A stretch of DNA of 16,369 nucleotides from Candidatus Nitrosoabyssus spongiisocia (GTDB lineage: Archaea > Thermoproteota > Nitrososphaeria > Nitrososphaerales > Nitrosopumilaceae): positions 1,220,217 to 1,236,585 of the forward strand of contig CP136752.1 of the NCBI GenBank assembly GCA_033471095.1. The letters run 5' to 3'. This document shows, piece by piece, positions 1-8,300 of the stretch; within the stretch, counting starts at the first letter, position 1; each line of letters starts with the position of its first letter. The notes beneath the pieces were generated by a model that saw nothing but the letters and a program-made list of their open reading frames with translations, ran no database searches and was not told the origin of the DNA. The translations under genes and the position numbers were made by a program.

Positions 1-1311
1 AAAGATCAGCAACGATATACATACTTGAGATTAACTAGTGAAAAATACCCTCGTCTATTGGTTACTCGACGTACTAGGGATGGGAAATTTCTAGGTAATG
101 GGAAGGTATTCGGTCCATTTACCCATGGCAGCTCTAAACTATTATCCATCGGTACACTACGAAAATCATTTCAAATTCGAATTTGTAAAACATTGCCAAA
201 AAAAGCATGTTTAGAGTATCATTTGGGAAATTGTGAAGCCCCCTGTGAATTTAAAAATGCACAAAAAAACTATTCTCACCACATAGATGGTCTGAGCAGA
301 GTTCTCACAAATCCACAACATCTAGTCACATTCAAAAGTGTGCTGCGCTCTAAAATGGAGGTTGCCTCCAAACATCAACAATACGAGTATGCAAAAAATA
401 TTCGTGATACAATATATCGATTAGATAACTTGACAGCAGAGCAAAAAATGGAGACAATATCTGGTTCTGATGAAGAGTATTTTGGGATTGACATTGTTGA
501 TGATATTGCCACCATTATGACTTTTCGTCAAATTAGAGGTGTAATACAAGACAGTGATAGATTTTCATTTGAAATACTCGGTGATAATATGTTTTCGAAT
601 TTTCTTTATCAATATTATACCACTCGTAAAATTCCAAATACGATAATTATCAATGTTCCAATAATTAATAAAAAACTTTTAGAGGTGTTGTTGTCTAGTA
701 AATCTGATCGTGCTGTTAAAATCAATCTTCCTAGTGGTAAACAGAAAAAATTAATGAGTTTACTTTTGAAAAATATTCAAGTTTTTCAAACTGCAGGTAC
801 AGAACCGGGTCTTGTAGAGCTAAAACAACTATTACATATCACTAAAATTCCTAAGATAATAGAGTGCTTTGATATATCAAATCATGGCTCTGATTTTGCT
901 GTCGGTTCTATGTCTAGATTCTCCCAGGGTATTCCTGATAAATCAGGATATAGAAAGTTTAAGATAAAAACCATACGCGGCAGAGATGATTTTGCAATGA
1001 TTGGAGAGATTGTAAAACGACGATATACTAGACTAAAAAACCAGTCTTTGCCTTTACCTGATCTTATACTTGTTGATGGTGGCAAAGGCCAATTAAACGC
1101 AGCCTATGCTGAATTGAAAAAACTGAATCTATCTATTCCTTGCATATCGATTGCAAAGGAGAATGAGGAGATTTACACGGTTGGCAAATCTGAGCCATTA
1201 ATAATATCTAGGGATAAAAAATCTCTTCAAATTTTACAATTTGCAAGAGATGAATCTCATAGATTTGGTGTATCTTATAATCGACATGTGCAAAAAATGA
1301 ATATAATCTAA
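1..1311 (+). CDS. uvrC: Excinuclease ABC subunit C (UvrC), 5'-truncated by the window edge
   Basis: The frame is open from nt 1 (KDQQRYTYLRLTSEKYPRLLVTRR...), so the TTG at 25 is not the true start. UvrC-like motifs: FGPF...TLRKSFQIRICK, then the C-terminal endonuclease region LILVDGGKGQLNAA...ISIAKENEEIY...ARDESHRFGVSYNRH. It ends about 10 aa after the xHRF motif, so no (HhH)2 tail is visible. Confidence 0.85.
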   Translation, partial: KDQQRYTYLRLTSEKYPRLLVTRRTRDGKFLGNGKVFGPFTHGSSKLLSIGTLRKSFQIRICKTLPKKACLEYHLGNCEAPCEFKNAQKNYSHHIDGLSRVLTNPQHLVTFKSVLRSKMEVASKHQQYEYAKNIRDTIYRLDNLTAEQKMETISGSDEEYFGIDIVDDIATIMTFRQIRGVIQDSDRFSFEILGDNMFSNFLYQYYTTRKIPNTIIINVPIINKKLLEVLLSSKSDRAVKINLPSGKQKKLMSLLLKNIQVFQTAGTEPGLVELKQLLHITKIPKIIECFDISNHGSDFAVGSMSRFSQGIPDKSGYRKFKIKTIRGRDDFAMIGEIVKRRYTRLKNQSLPLPDLILVDGGKGQLNAAYAELKKLNLSIPCISIAKENEEIYTVGKSEPLIISRDKKSLQILQFARDESHRFGVSYNRHVQKMNII

Positions 1312-1851
1312 TTAACTTACAGTGATACTTCCAACCATCCATGGATGGACTTGGCAATAATAGTCAAAAGTTCCAGTGTTTGTAAATAATTGTGAAAATG
1401 TAGTACCGCTAGCAAAGATTGAACTATCCCAACCATTTGGATATGCCTCACCTACTAGATTTGGATTTTCTTGAAGATTACCTGTAGTTACTGTGTGTAC
1501 TGCGATATCATCGTTAGTCCAAGTTACAGTATCTCCCACATTGATTTTTGCGTTAGATGGTGAGTAACATATATCGTTTTGTACACAATCCGGTGATCCA
1601 GCTCCATTAGGTATTGAAATAAGAACTCTTTTTGGAGCAGTATCTTTTTTTATCTTTTCTTCCATCATCATTTTCTCCATCATTTTCTCCTCTTCCATCA
1701 TTTTCTCCTCTTCCATCATCATTCTATCCGTGTTTTTATTATAATCTGCTGAACTGTCATCTGCCAAGCCAGACCATACAACTGCTACACCTACACCGAC
1801 AAATACAATAGCGATTGTCCACAACATGGCAGCTTTATCTACTGAAGTCAT
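1312..1851 (-). CDS. Membrane-anchored plastocyanin-like type-1 (blue) copper protein
   Basis: N-terminal hydrophobic anchor AAMLWTIAIVFVGVGVAVVW. C-terminal cupredoxin signature: VGDTVTWTNDDIAVHTV (His ligand) and FDYYCQVHPWMVGSITV (Cys-x2-His-x2-Met). Its stop abuts the uvrC stop (TAATTA, 1309-1314). Confidence 0.85.
   Translation of the reverse strand: MTSVDKAAMLWTIAIVFVGVGVAVVWSGLADDSSADYNKNTDRMMMEEEKMMEEEKMMEKMMMEEKIKKDTAPKRVLISIPNGAGSPDCVQNDICYSPSNAKINVGDTVTWTNDDIAVHTVTTGNLQENPNLVGEAYPNGWDSSIFASGTTFSQLFTNTGTFDYYCQVHPWMVGSITVS
1654..1722 (-). repeat. Met/Glu/Lys low-complexity linker (MMMEEEKMMEEEKMMEKMMMEEK) inside the cupredoxin gene
   Basis: Directly visible reiteration of catcattttctcctcttc-type units. 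It lies between the TM anchor and the cupredoxin domain. Confidence 0.8.
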
Positions 1852-1981
1852 TATAATTCAAACAAAATCCACTTACTTATAAATATATTTGATATCTCTG
1901 ATGAATGATTATTCTAATTAATGAATAAAATACTGTGTAGATTAGATGACTAAATTTATTAAATAAACAATTGAAAAATTA
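1852..1981. promoter_or_regulatory. Divergent intergenic region likely holding both promoters (cupredoxin gene leftward, LLM oxidoreductase rightward)
   Basis: TATA-like ttataaatat (1877-1886) is about 30 nt from the minus-strand ATG at 1851. TATA-like tttattaaat (1954-1963) is about 24 nt from the ATG at 1982. This spacing is typical of archaeal leaderless or short-leader transcripts. TATA-like strings are common in AT-rich DNA, so this call is weak. Confidence 0.4.
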
Positions 1982-3073
1982 ATGTTGAATAAATTAAAAT
2001 TTGGAATCCAAAATGGGTTAAATGTAGCCAGAGCTGGATATTCTATTGATCAAATACTTACTGCGTGTATGTTGGCAGACAAAACTGGTTATGATTCTAT
2101 TTTTTACATGGATCATACAAACGTACCACAATGGAAAAACGCAACTGTACTTGATCCCTGGGTTATGTTATCTGCAATTGCCGCAGTTACACAAAATGTT
2201 GAACTTGGAACATGTGTGACAGATGCCATTCGTCGTCACCCATCAAACATATCTCTTGCAGCAATTACCCTTGATCGTGTCTCCAAGGGACGAGCTATAC
2301 TTGGTATAGGTGCAGGAGAAGCACAAAACCTAAAAGAATTTTGCATACCTTTTGAAACACCTGTAAGTAAATGGGAAGAGCAAATTCAAGTTATTAAAAA
2401 ATTATACACATCAAACCCAGATAATGTGGTAGATTTTGATGGAAAATATTATCAACTAAAAGGAGCTTGTCTGCAAGCTGCCCCTATTCGTAAACCATAT
2501 CCACCAATATACATGGCAGCTGGAGGTTCGCGAACATTGAGATTAACTGGTAAATATGGTAATGGTTGGCTTCCAATTGGATATACCCCAGAGTTGTTTG
2601 AAGATCACGCAAATAAGATTAAAGAGTCAATGGATTCAAACAATCGATCTCAGGAGGAAAAGGATAATTTCCAATATGCTCTTGACATTGATGTTTATTT
2701 TTCCGAAGATGCCGAAGAGTCTTGGGCAAAGATGAAAGAGGCAATAAAAGTAAGCCTTTTCAAACCCGAAGTATTACGTGTACATAATCTTAAAGAAATT
2801 CAAGGTTTTGATTTCAAAAAATACTTTACAGAATACTCTATGTCAAATCAAGAGTGGATTGTAAAGATGCGAGAGGCTGCCACCACAATTCCAGATAATA
2901 TAGCACGTTCATCTATCGGAGTCGGTACGGTTGACGATATAATACCCGTATTTGAGAAATTCATGAACAAAGGCGTAAATCACTTTGTTATTAGATTTTG
3001 GGGCAAGAATTATTTTGGCAGTATTGATAAATTTGCCAGTAGCGTAATGCCACGTTTAAAAGAACTTGTCTAA
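1982..3073 (+). CDS. Luciferase-like monooxygenase (LLM) family, probable F420-dependent oxidoreductase
   Basis: 363 aa. It has an LLM-type TIM-barrel pattern: KFGIQ...GYDSIFYMDH, ...RAILGIGAGEAQNLKEFCIPFE...WEEQIQVIKKLY, ...PPIYMAAGGSRTLRLTGKYGNGWLP. Cofactor and substrate are not determinable from sequence. Confidence 0.8.
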   Translation: MLNKLKFGIQNGLNVARAGYSIDQILTACMLADKTGYDSIFYMDHTNVPQWKNATVLDPWVMLSAIAAVTQNVELGTCVTDAIRRHPSNISLAAITLDRVSKGRAILGIGAGEAQNLKEFCIPFETPVSKWEEQIQVIKKLYTSNPDNVVDFDGKYYQLKGACLQAAPIRKPYPPIYMAAGGSRTLRLTGKYGNGWLPIGYTPELFEDHANKIKESMDSNNRSQEEKDNFQYALDIDVYFSEDAEESWAKMKEAIKVSLFKPEVLRVHNLKEIQGFDFKKYFTEYSMSNQEWIVKMREAATTIPDNIARSSIGVGTVDDIIPVFEKFMNKGVNHFVIRFWGKNYFGSIDKFASSVMPRLKELV

Positions 3074-3103
3074 TTTTTAATTATTTTAATAATACTAAAG
3101 TTA

Positions 3104-3133
3104 GGTTCTGTTGCAACTTTGGGTGTTACTCAT
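3104..3133 (+). repeat. Copy 1 of a ~30-nt dispersed motif (subtype 1): ggttctgttgcaactttgggtgttactcat
   Basis: Matches copy 3 at 24/25 of the first 25 nt, and the reverse complement of copy 4 at 22/25. It lies 30 nt after the LLM gene stop. Its function is unknown. Confidence 0.75.
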
Positions 3134-3172
3134 AAATCAATGAATTATAATTGTTATTATAAAAACAGTAAA

Positions 3173-3367
3173 TTATACCACAAATGTGTTCACAAATTGT
3201 AACGAATCAATAATGTATTTCCTTGTTAATGGCAGTCCTGATACAATCTTAGAATTATATTTTTTGCTTTTCATAACACTGCAACAGTTAGGCACACTAG
3301 GGGACTCGCTCAGATGCCCATTTACGATTTTATACAAATCTCTTGCGTGTATTTCTATTTGTGACAC
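3173..3367 (-). CDS. Hypothetical small protein (64 aa, GTG start)
   Basis: ORF only. Its composition looks more protein-like than the overlapping plus-strand ORF 3186-3407. I recognised no family. Confidence 0.25.
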   Translation of the reverse strand: MSQIEIHARDLYKIVNGHLSESPSVPNCCSVMKSKKYNSKIVSGLPLTRKYIIDSLQFVNTFVV

Positions 3368-3408
3368 TCCGTTCTGCCTAGCGTCATTCGTTCATAATAT
3401 TCGATAAA

Positions 3409-3928
3409 TTGTCAAACTTTAAAATTATTGGTATATCAATTATGGCCATCATCATAAGTTTGGGATTTGTGGCTTTGACCACACTATCTATTTCAAATAT
3501 TCCCAGTATTAATGAATATGTTGGTCTTTATGACAAAAGTGTCGAATTATTAAACAAGATGAAAGAAGTACAGAAACTAAACAATGAATTGATACAGTTA
3601 GAATCTTACGCAAATGCTGCAACCTTAGAACGTGATAAACTTTGAGACAGTTCAATAAGATATATGCTGAAATCACCACAGAGTATAATGAAGAGTATAT
3701 AGTCTATTAAACACTCTTTTGACAAGATACTCTACAAATGATCAATGGGATCGTTATGATGAAATTTTACAGTATATGACCGTATTAGAAAATAATTATT
3801 TAAAAGATACCAATGCTCATAATGCTCATTTGAGTAATTATTTTGATGATCTTTTAACATAACGTTCAACATATAATAACAAATACGGTGATTTGGCAAA
3901 TAAGATATCTGATATTATTGACAAGTAG
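3409..3928 (+). pseudogene. Fragmented gene for an N-terminally anchored coiled-coil protein
   Basis: ORF 3409-3645 encodes a TM helix (IIGISIMAIIISLGFVALTTL) plus a coiled-coil-like segment. Coding-like sequence resumes in another frame (STNDQWDRYDEILQYMTVLENNYLKDTNAHNAHLSNYFDDLLT, from 3731). An in-frame TAA at 3860-3862 interrupts it, and it continues RSTYNNKYGDLANKISDIIDK to the TAG at 3926-3928. Confidence 0.35.
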
Positions 3929-3988
3929 TGAATAAAATGTATTTGAGATTCTTTTTTATACACTGGATAAAAACGGAGACAAAATAAC

Positions 3989-4180
3989 ATGGATGTTTTA
4001 TTGATTGTATATCTCACGATTAATATTTTGATTGCGTATATCAATCAAGCAGATCTATCTTTTACACATTATCTTGGCAGATATGGATTTTATATTCTTC
4101 TAGCAGGATTATTAATTTATGGTTCATATATGTTGATTACAAGAAATAGTGATAAATCCAAGAAGAATCAAAAGAAATAA
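3989..4180 (+). CDS. Hypothetical small membrane protein (63 aa)
   Basis: Two hydrophobic segments (VLLIVYLTINILIAYI and FYILLAGLLIYGSYMLI) and a Lys-rich tail. ORF evidence only. Confidence 0.4.
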   Translation: MDVLLIVYLTINILIAYINQADLSFTHYLGRYGFYILLAGLLIYGSYMLITRNSDKSKKNQKK

Positions 4181-4209
4181 AATTAAAATAGAGATTATAG
4201 TATCGCTCC

Positions 4210-4239
4210 ATGAATAGCACCCGAATTTGCAATAGAGCC
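4210..4239 (-). repeat. Copy 2 of the ~30-nt motif (subtype 2, inverted); reverse complement ggctctattgcaaattcgggtgctattcat
   Basis: Matches the reverse complement of copy 4 at 23/25 core positions. It lies 30 nt after the stop of ORF 3989-4180. Confidence 0.75.
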
Positions 4240-4462
4240 TTTACTATGATTATTAACAATTAACTCATTGCCACTAGTACCAAGTTTATTTGGTGTGGAT
4301 TTTACAGATATGTCACATAAATAGTCGGCAAATATCTCAGATTGAGTTTTTAAATTAATAGTATCAGATTCGTCATATTGCATATATCAAATATTTAATT
4401 TTTTTCCATCACATCATTGTGGTCAAAATTAGATTTGAGTGAAATGATTTTATGTAAAGAAT

Positions 4463-5383
4463 TTAAGATACGAGTTTGACAGATTTAATTTTTTTATGTA
4501 GATAAACAAATGCCAATGTTGGTAGACCAACATAAATTAGCAAGTTGATAGCAATTACAAGTAATCCCAAAGCCAACACACTATTCTCCGAGTCATCTAC
4601 CATCGTCATTATAGATACACTAGAGAGTAGAGGATATAGAATAGTCTGAATTATTTCACGCAGTAGAGGGTTTTCACGCTCAGCATCTGCAATTACAGGT
4701 GAAAAGGTGTAATAGATTTGGTTGAATGATGTTATGAAGGATATTCCAGGTAGACTAGTCATTAAAGTTGTATCACGTATCTCTCTGAGCATTTGTACTT
4801 GTTGTGAAAGCTCAGTTCCATATACTGCTGTTGCGATTAGACAACCACCTTTACCAGGAGAAGTGGTAGTAGAGTTATCATCCTTTATGGTTTTATCATC
4901 CTTTATGGTTTTATCATCCTTTATGGTTTTATCATCCTTTATGGTTTTATCGTCCATCATAATATCATCATCCTTTATGGTTTTATCGTCCATCATAATA
5001 TCATCATCCTTTATGGTTTTATCATCCTTTATGGTATTATCGTCCATTATGGTACCGGTAGATGTAACAGGTAATGTAGAATCAAAAGTGATGGAACCGG
5101 TGGGTTGAGAAATATCTACTAATTTTTGTTCACTTGTAAAGAAAGTATTAGAGTATACGCTAGCCTTTACAAATACAAAGCGTTCATCAGAAGACACTAG
5201 ACCCAAATAGACGACTCTATCAGAGTAGGGCTGTGTTAGGGAGAGTTGAGTTTTAATTACTCCTAGTTTGGAACTACTAATAGTAACAAAAGCATCATCA
5301 GATGATGGGCTAGCAATAATTTCAACTAGTTTTTTATCATCAGCTGACTTCCCAAGATACTTTGTGAATAATAGCCTCTGCAA
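4463..5383 (-). CDS. CFI-box-CTERM-type membrane-anchor protein with an acidic (DDKTIK)n linker
   Basis: C-terminal block GGCLIATAVYGTELSQQVQMLREIRDTTLM...FNQIYYTFSPVIADAERENPLLREII. It is followed by hydrophobic segments (VLALGLLVIAINLLIYVGLPTLAFVYL) and a basic tail. This matches my memory of the CFIATAAYGS...VQ.LR.FRD CFI-box C-terminal domain. There is no signal peptide. The called TTG start sits directly after a stop codon and overlaps the upstream ORF by 44 nt. Confidence 0.7.
   Translation of the reverse strand: MQRLLFTKYLGKSADDKKLVEIIASPSSDDAFVTISSSKLGVIKTQLSLTQPYSDRVVYLGLVSSDERFVFVKASVYSNTFFTSEQKLVDISQPTGSITFDSTLPVTSTGTIMDDNTIKDDKTIKDDDIMMDDKTIKDDDIMMDDKTIKDDKTIKDDKTIKDDKTIKDDNSTTTSPGKGGCLIATAVYGTELSQQVQMLREIRDTTLMTSLPGISFITSFNQIYYTFSPVIADAERENPLLREIIQTILYPLLSSVSIMTMVDDSENSVLALGLLVIAINLLIYVGLPTLAFVYLHKKIKSVKLVS
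4878..5057 (-). repeat. Ten tandem 18-nt units (tcatcctttatggtttta, variant tcgtccatcataatatca) encoding DDKTIK / DDDIMM
   Basis: Counted directly. Four perfect units run from 4878 to 4949. Interleaved variants follow to 5057. The array is in frame (6 aa per unit). Confidence 0.9.
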
Positions 5384-8300
5384 TTATTGGGGCTTGACCA
5401 CCAGTGAATATACGACCTGCGCCGCCGCCTCCTGAGCTACTGCCATCACCACTACTAGTAAATGGAATAGGTGCAGGTACTTGAGTACTAGTGGCACCGG
5501 TGGAAGATGTTAGAGCATAGGTGGATAGGTGAGTGGTGTAAATTGTTACATGAGTGTTGTCATCTACAAAACATTCGTTTGTGGAAGTAGTGGTTAAAAG
5601 AGTATTAATTTCTGCGATATTACTAGTACCACAGGATGACATCTGGGTTGGTGTAGAGCCAATAGTATTTACATAATATGCATTATAATTATTTCCACCT
5701 TGATTTTCAAATACAATAGATACAACTGTATCACCTAGGTTGAGATCAATTGTTACATCTCCCAAAGTTATAGCTGTAATCGTTACATGACTAGTAGTAG
5801 TCTGACCTGCAGTTGTAGATGGTACAGTAATAGTAGCAGTACGTGGTGCAAGGAATTGCGAATCCCAAGTACCATCATGAGTAATAATAGTACTAGTAGG
5901 TATCATGACTGTAATGTCATTAGTAGATACAAGTTTGGCAGTTAATCCTGCAGTGATATTAGTAGTGTTTAAAGTAGTAGCGATATAATTGATAGTAACA
6001 TTTTGATGTTCAGGTGTAACAATTAATGGTACGTCTATATGAAGAAGTGTAGGAGACACCATCTGATCGCTTGATGTAACGTTACTTTGGACGTTTAAGC
6101 TATTTTCTGTATTAAATATACCATTATTTACAGCGTCTAAAACAGAATCTGTAGGAAAATGTACATTAGCTCCAGAACTATGTTGTAGATTTGTGTTAAC
6201 CACATGTTCAGATATATTGTTACTAAAAGTAAAAACCAAAGTAGGATTGTTTGTAGAATCAACATTAGTAGTAGTGAATGCTCCTGAAGTTATACCCAAT
6301 CGTGATGAATTAGGTATGATTACATTTTCACTAAATGTAACAGTTAGAGTATGTGCTAAAGTGTCATATATTGGAGTATTAACGACTGTTGGTCGTATAG
6401 TGTCACGAACAACTATAATTCTATTTACTTGAACGGCATTATTTCCTGCCGAATCAACAGAGTTGTATGTGATGGTGTAATTGCCTACAGTATCTGTATC
6501 TACAGTGTCACCACCAATGACGATAGGAGAGTCATCATCAGTAGTGGCGTTTTGCTCATTATATGTGGAGTTTATGTTTAGTGTTATGGTACTACTGCCA
6601 TTCAGTGTGATTACTGGGGGAATAGTGTCACTAACAACTATAGTTCTATTCACTTGGGTGGCATTATTTCCTGCTGAATCAACAGAGTCATAGGTGACGG
6701 TATAATTTCCCACGAGAGATGAATTTACAGTGTCACCACCAATGACGATAGGAGAGTCATCATCAGTAGTGGCGTTTTGCTCATTATATGTAGAGTTTAT
6801 GTTTAGTGTTATGGTACTATTACCATTCAGTGTGATTACTGGGGGAATAGTGTCACTAACAATTACAAGCCTATTCACTTGGGTGGCATTATTTCCTGCT
6901 GAATCAACAGAGTCATAGGTGACGGTATAATTTCCCACGAGAGATGAATTTACAGTGTCACCACTAATTGTTACTGGAGAGTTATCATCAGTAGTGGCGT
7001 TTTGCTCATTATATGTAGCGCCAACAAATAGTGTTATGGTACTATTGCCATTCAGTGTGATTACTGGGGGAATAGTGTCACTAACAATTACAAGCCTATT
7101 CACTTGGGTGGCATTATTTCCTGCTGAATCAACAGAGTCATAGGTGACGGTATAATTTCCCACGAGAGATGAATTTACAGTGTCACCACCAATTGTTACT
7201 GGAGAGCCATCATCAGTAGTGGCGTTTTGCTCAGAGTAGGATGAGCCAAGTTCTACATAAACAGTAGCATTACCAATTAGTGTGATTACTGGGGGAGTAT
7301 CATCTGGTGCATCAGAAATTATTACAGTTCTATCAACTTGGGTGGCATTATTTCCTGCTGAATCAACAGAGTTGTATGTGACGGTATAATTTCCCTTGAG
7401 AGATGAATTTACAGTGTCACCACCAATTGTTACTGGAGAGTTATCATCAGTAGTGGCGTTTTGCTCATTATATGTAGAGCCAACAAATAGTGTTATGGTA
7501 CTATTGCCATTCAGTGTGATTACTGGGGGAATAGTGTCACTAACAATTACAAGCCTATTCACTTGGGTGGCATTATTTCCTGCTGAATCAACAGAGTCAT
7601 AGGTGACGGTATAATTTCCCACGAGAGATGAATTTACAGTGTCACCACCAATTGTTACTGGAGAGCCATCATCAGTAGTGGCGTTTTGCTCAGAGTAGGA
7701 TGAGCCAAGTTCTACATAAACGACATTATTACCATTCAGTGTGATTACTGGGGGAGTAGTATCTGAAATGTTGTTAATTACAGGTTGATTCACAAAGTTT
7801 TCTAGTGTTATGTCAGTATTTTGAGTAGAGTTTATTCCACCACTAGTTTTAGTATATGAGATAATTATGGTTTCATTTGCCAAGAGATTTCTGCTTAAAT
7901 TCAGAGTAATTGAAGAGGAGTTTGATGTTATACTATCTATTGTAGCAGATGTTCCATTAAGAGCAAAGTCGGTTATAGTGGCCGAGTAAGTAATGTTTTC
8001 ATTAAAAGTAATTATAATGTTATCACCTTGTGTATTGGTAATAGCAGAAGTTATCACTACACTTCTATCTTCAGGTGTAGATATAGTAAAGAAAGTAGAA
8101 GGAGAGTTTTGATTTGCATACTCTGTTGCAATCCAGTCTGCAGAGCGAGCAGTAGATGATAGTCGGAATTCATCTAATTTGCCATTAAAGAATTGATTAA
8201 ATACCCAATTGATTTTTCCAATATAGTTTGTTGTTCTATTCACATCATTAGATGTATGCACAGCACCACTAGTAATTGAGGTACCATTGTGATAAATAGT

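Noticed and set aside
882-1085. Minus-strand 67-aa ORF inside uvrC.
   Set aside because: It lies fully within a well-supported conserved CDS on the opposite strand.
3186-3407. Plus-strand 73-aa ORF overlapping 3173-3367.
   Set aside because: At most one of the two overlapping ORFs is real. This one has an odd Cys/Leu/Phe-rich composition. Neither ORF is well supported.
3838-4044. Minus-strand 68-aa ORF.
   Set aside because: It overlaps the plus-strand coding-like fragment ending at 3928 and the start of ORF 3989-4180. It has AT-rich, low-information composition.
4195-4383. Minus-strand 62-aa ORF ending ...GSIANSGAIHGAIL.
   Set aside because: Its C-terminus is encoded by motif copy 2. The other three motif copies give similar peptide strings (GSVATLGVTH, GSVAALGVIH, GSIANSGVIN), but they are preceded directly by stops or have no upstream ORF. 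The conservation is therefore at the DNA level, not the peptide level, and this is probably not a gene.
4722-5108. Plus-strand ORF of 128 aa with a SSFMVL repeat.
   Set aside because: It is an antisense reading of the (DDKTIK)n 18-nt repeat in the CFI-box protein gene, so it is a repeat artefact.
6193-7602. Plus-strand ORFs 6193-6432, 6481-6693, 6730-6918, 6955-7143 and 7396-7602, with mutually similar products.
   Set aside because: They lie antisense to the DUF5011-like repeat array. Their similarity simply mirrors the tandem repeat on the other strand. They are hydrophobic, low-complexity translations with no independent support.
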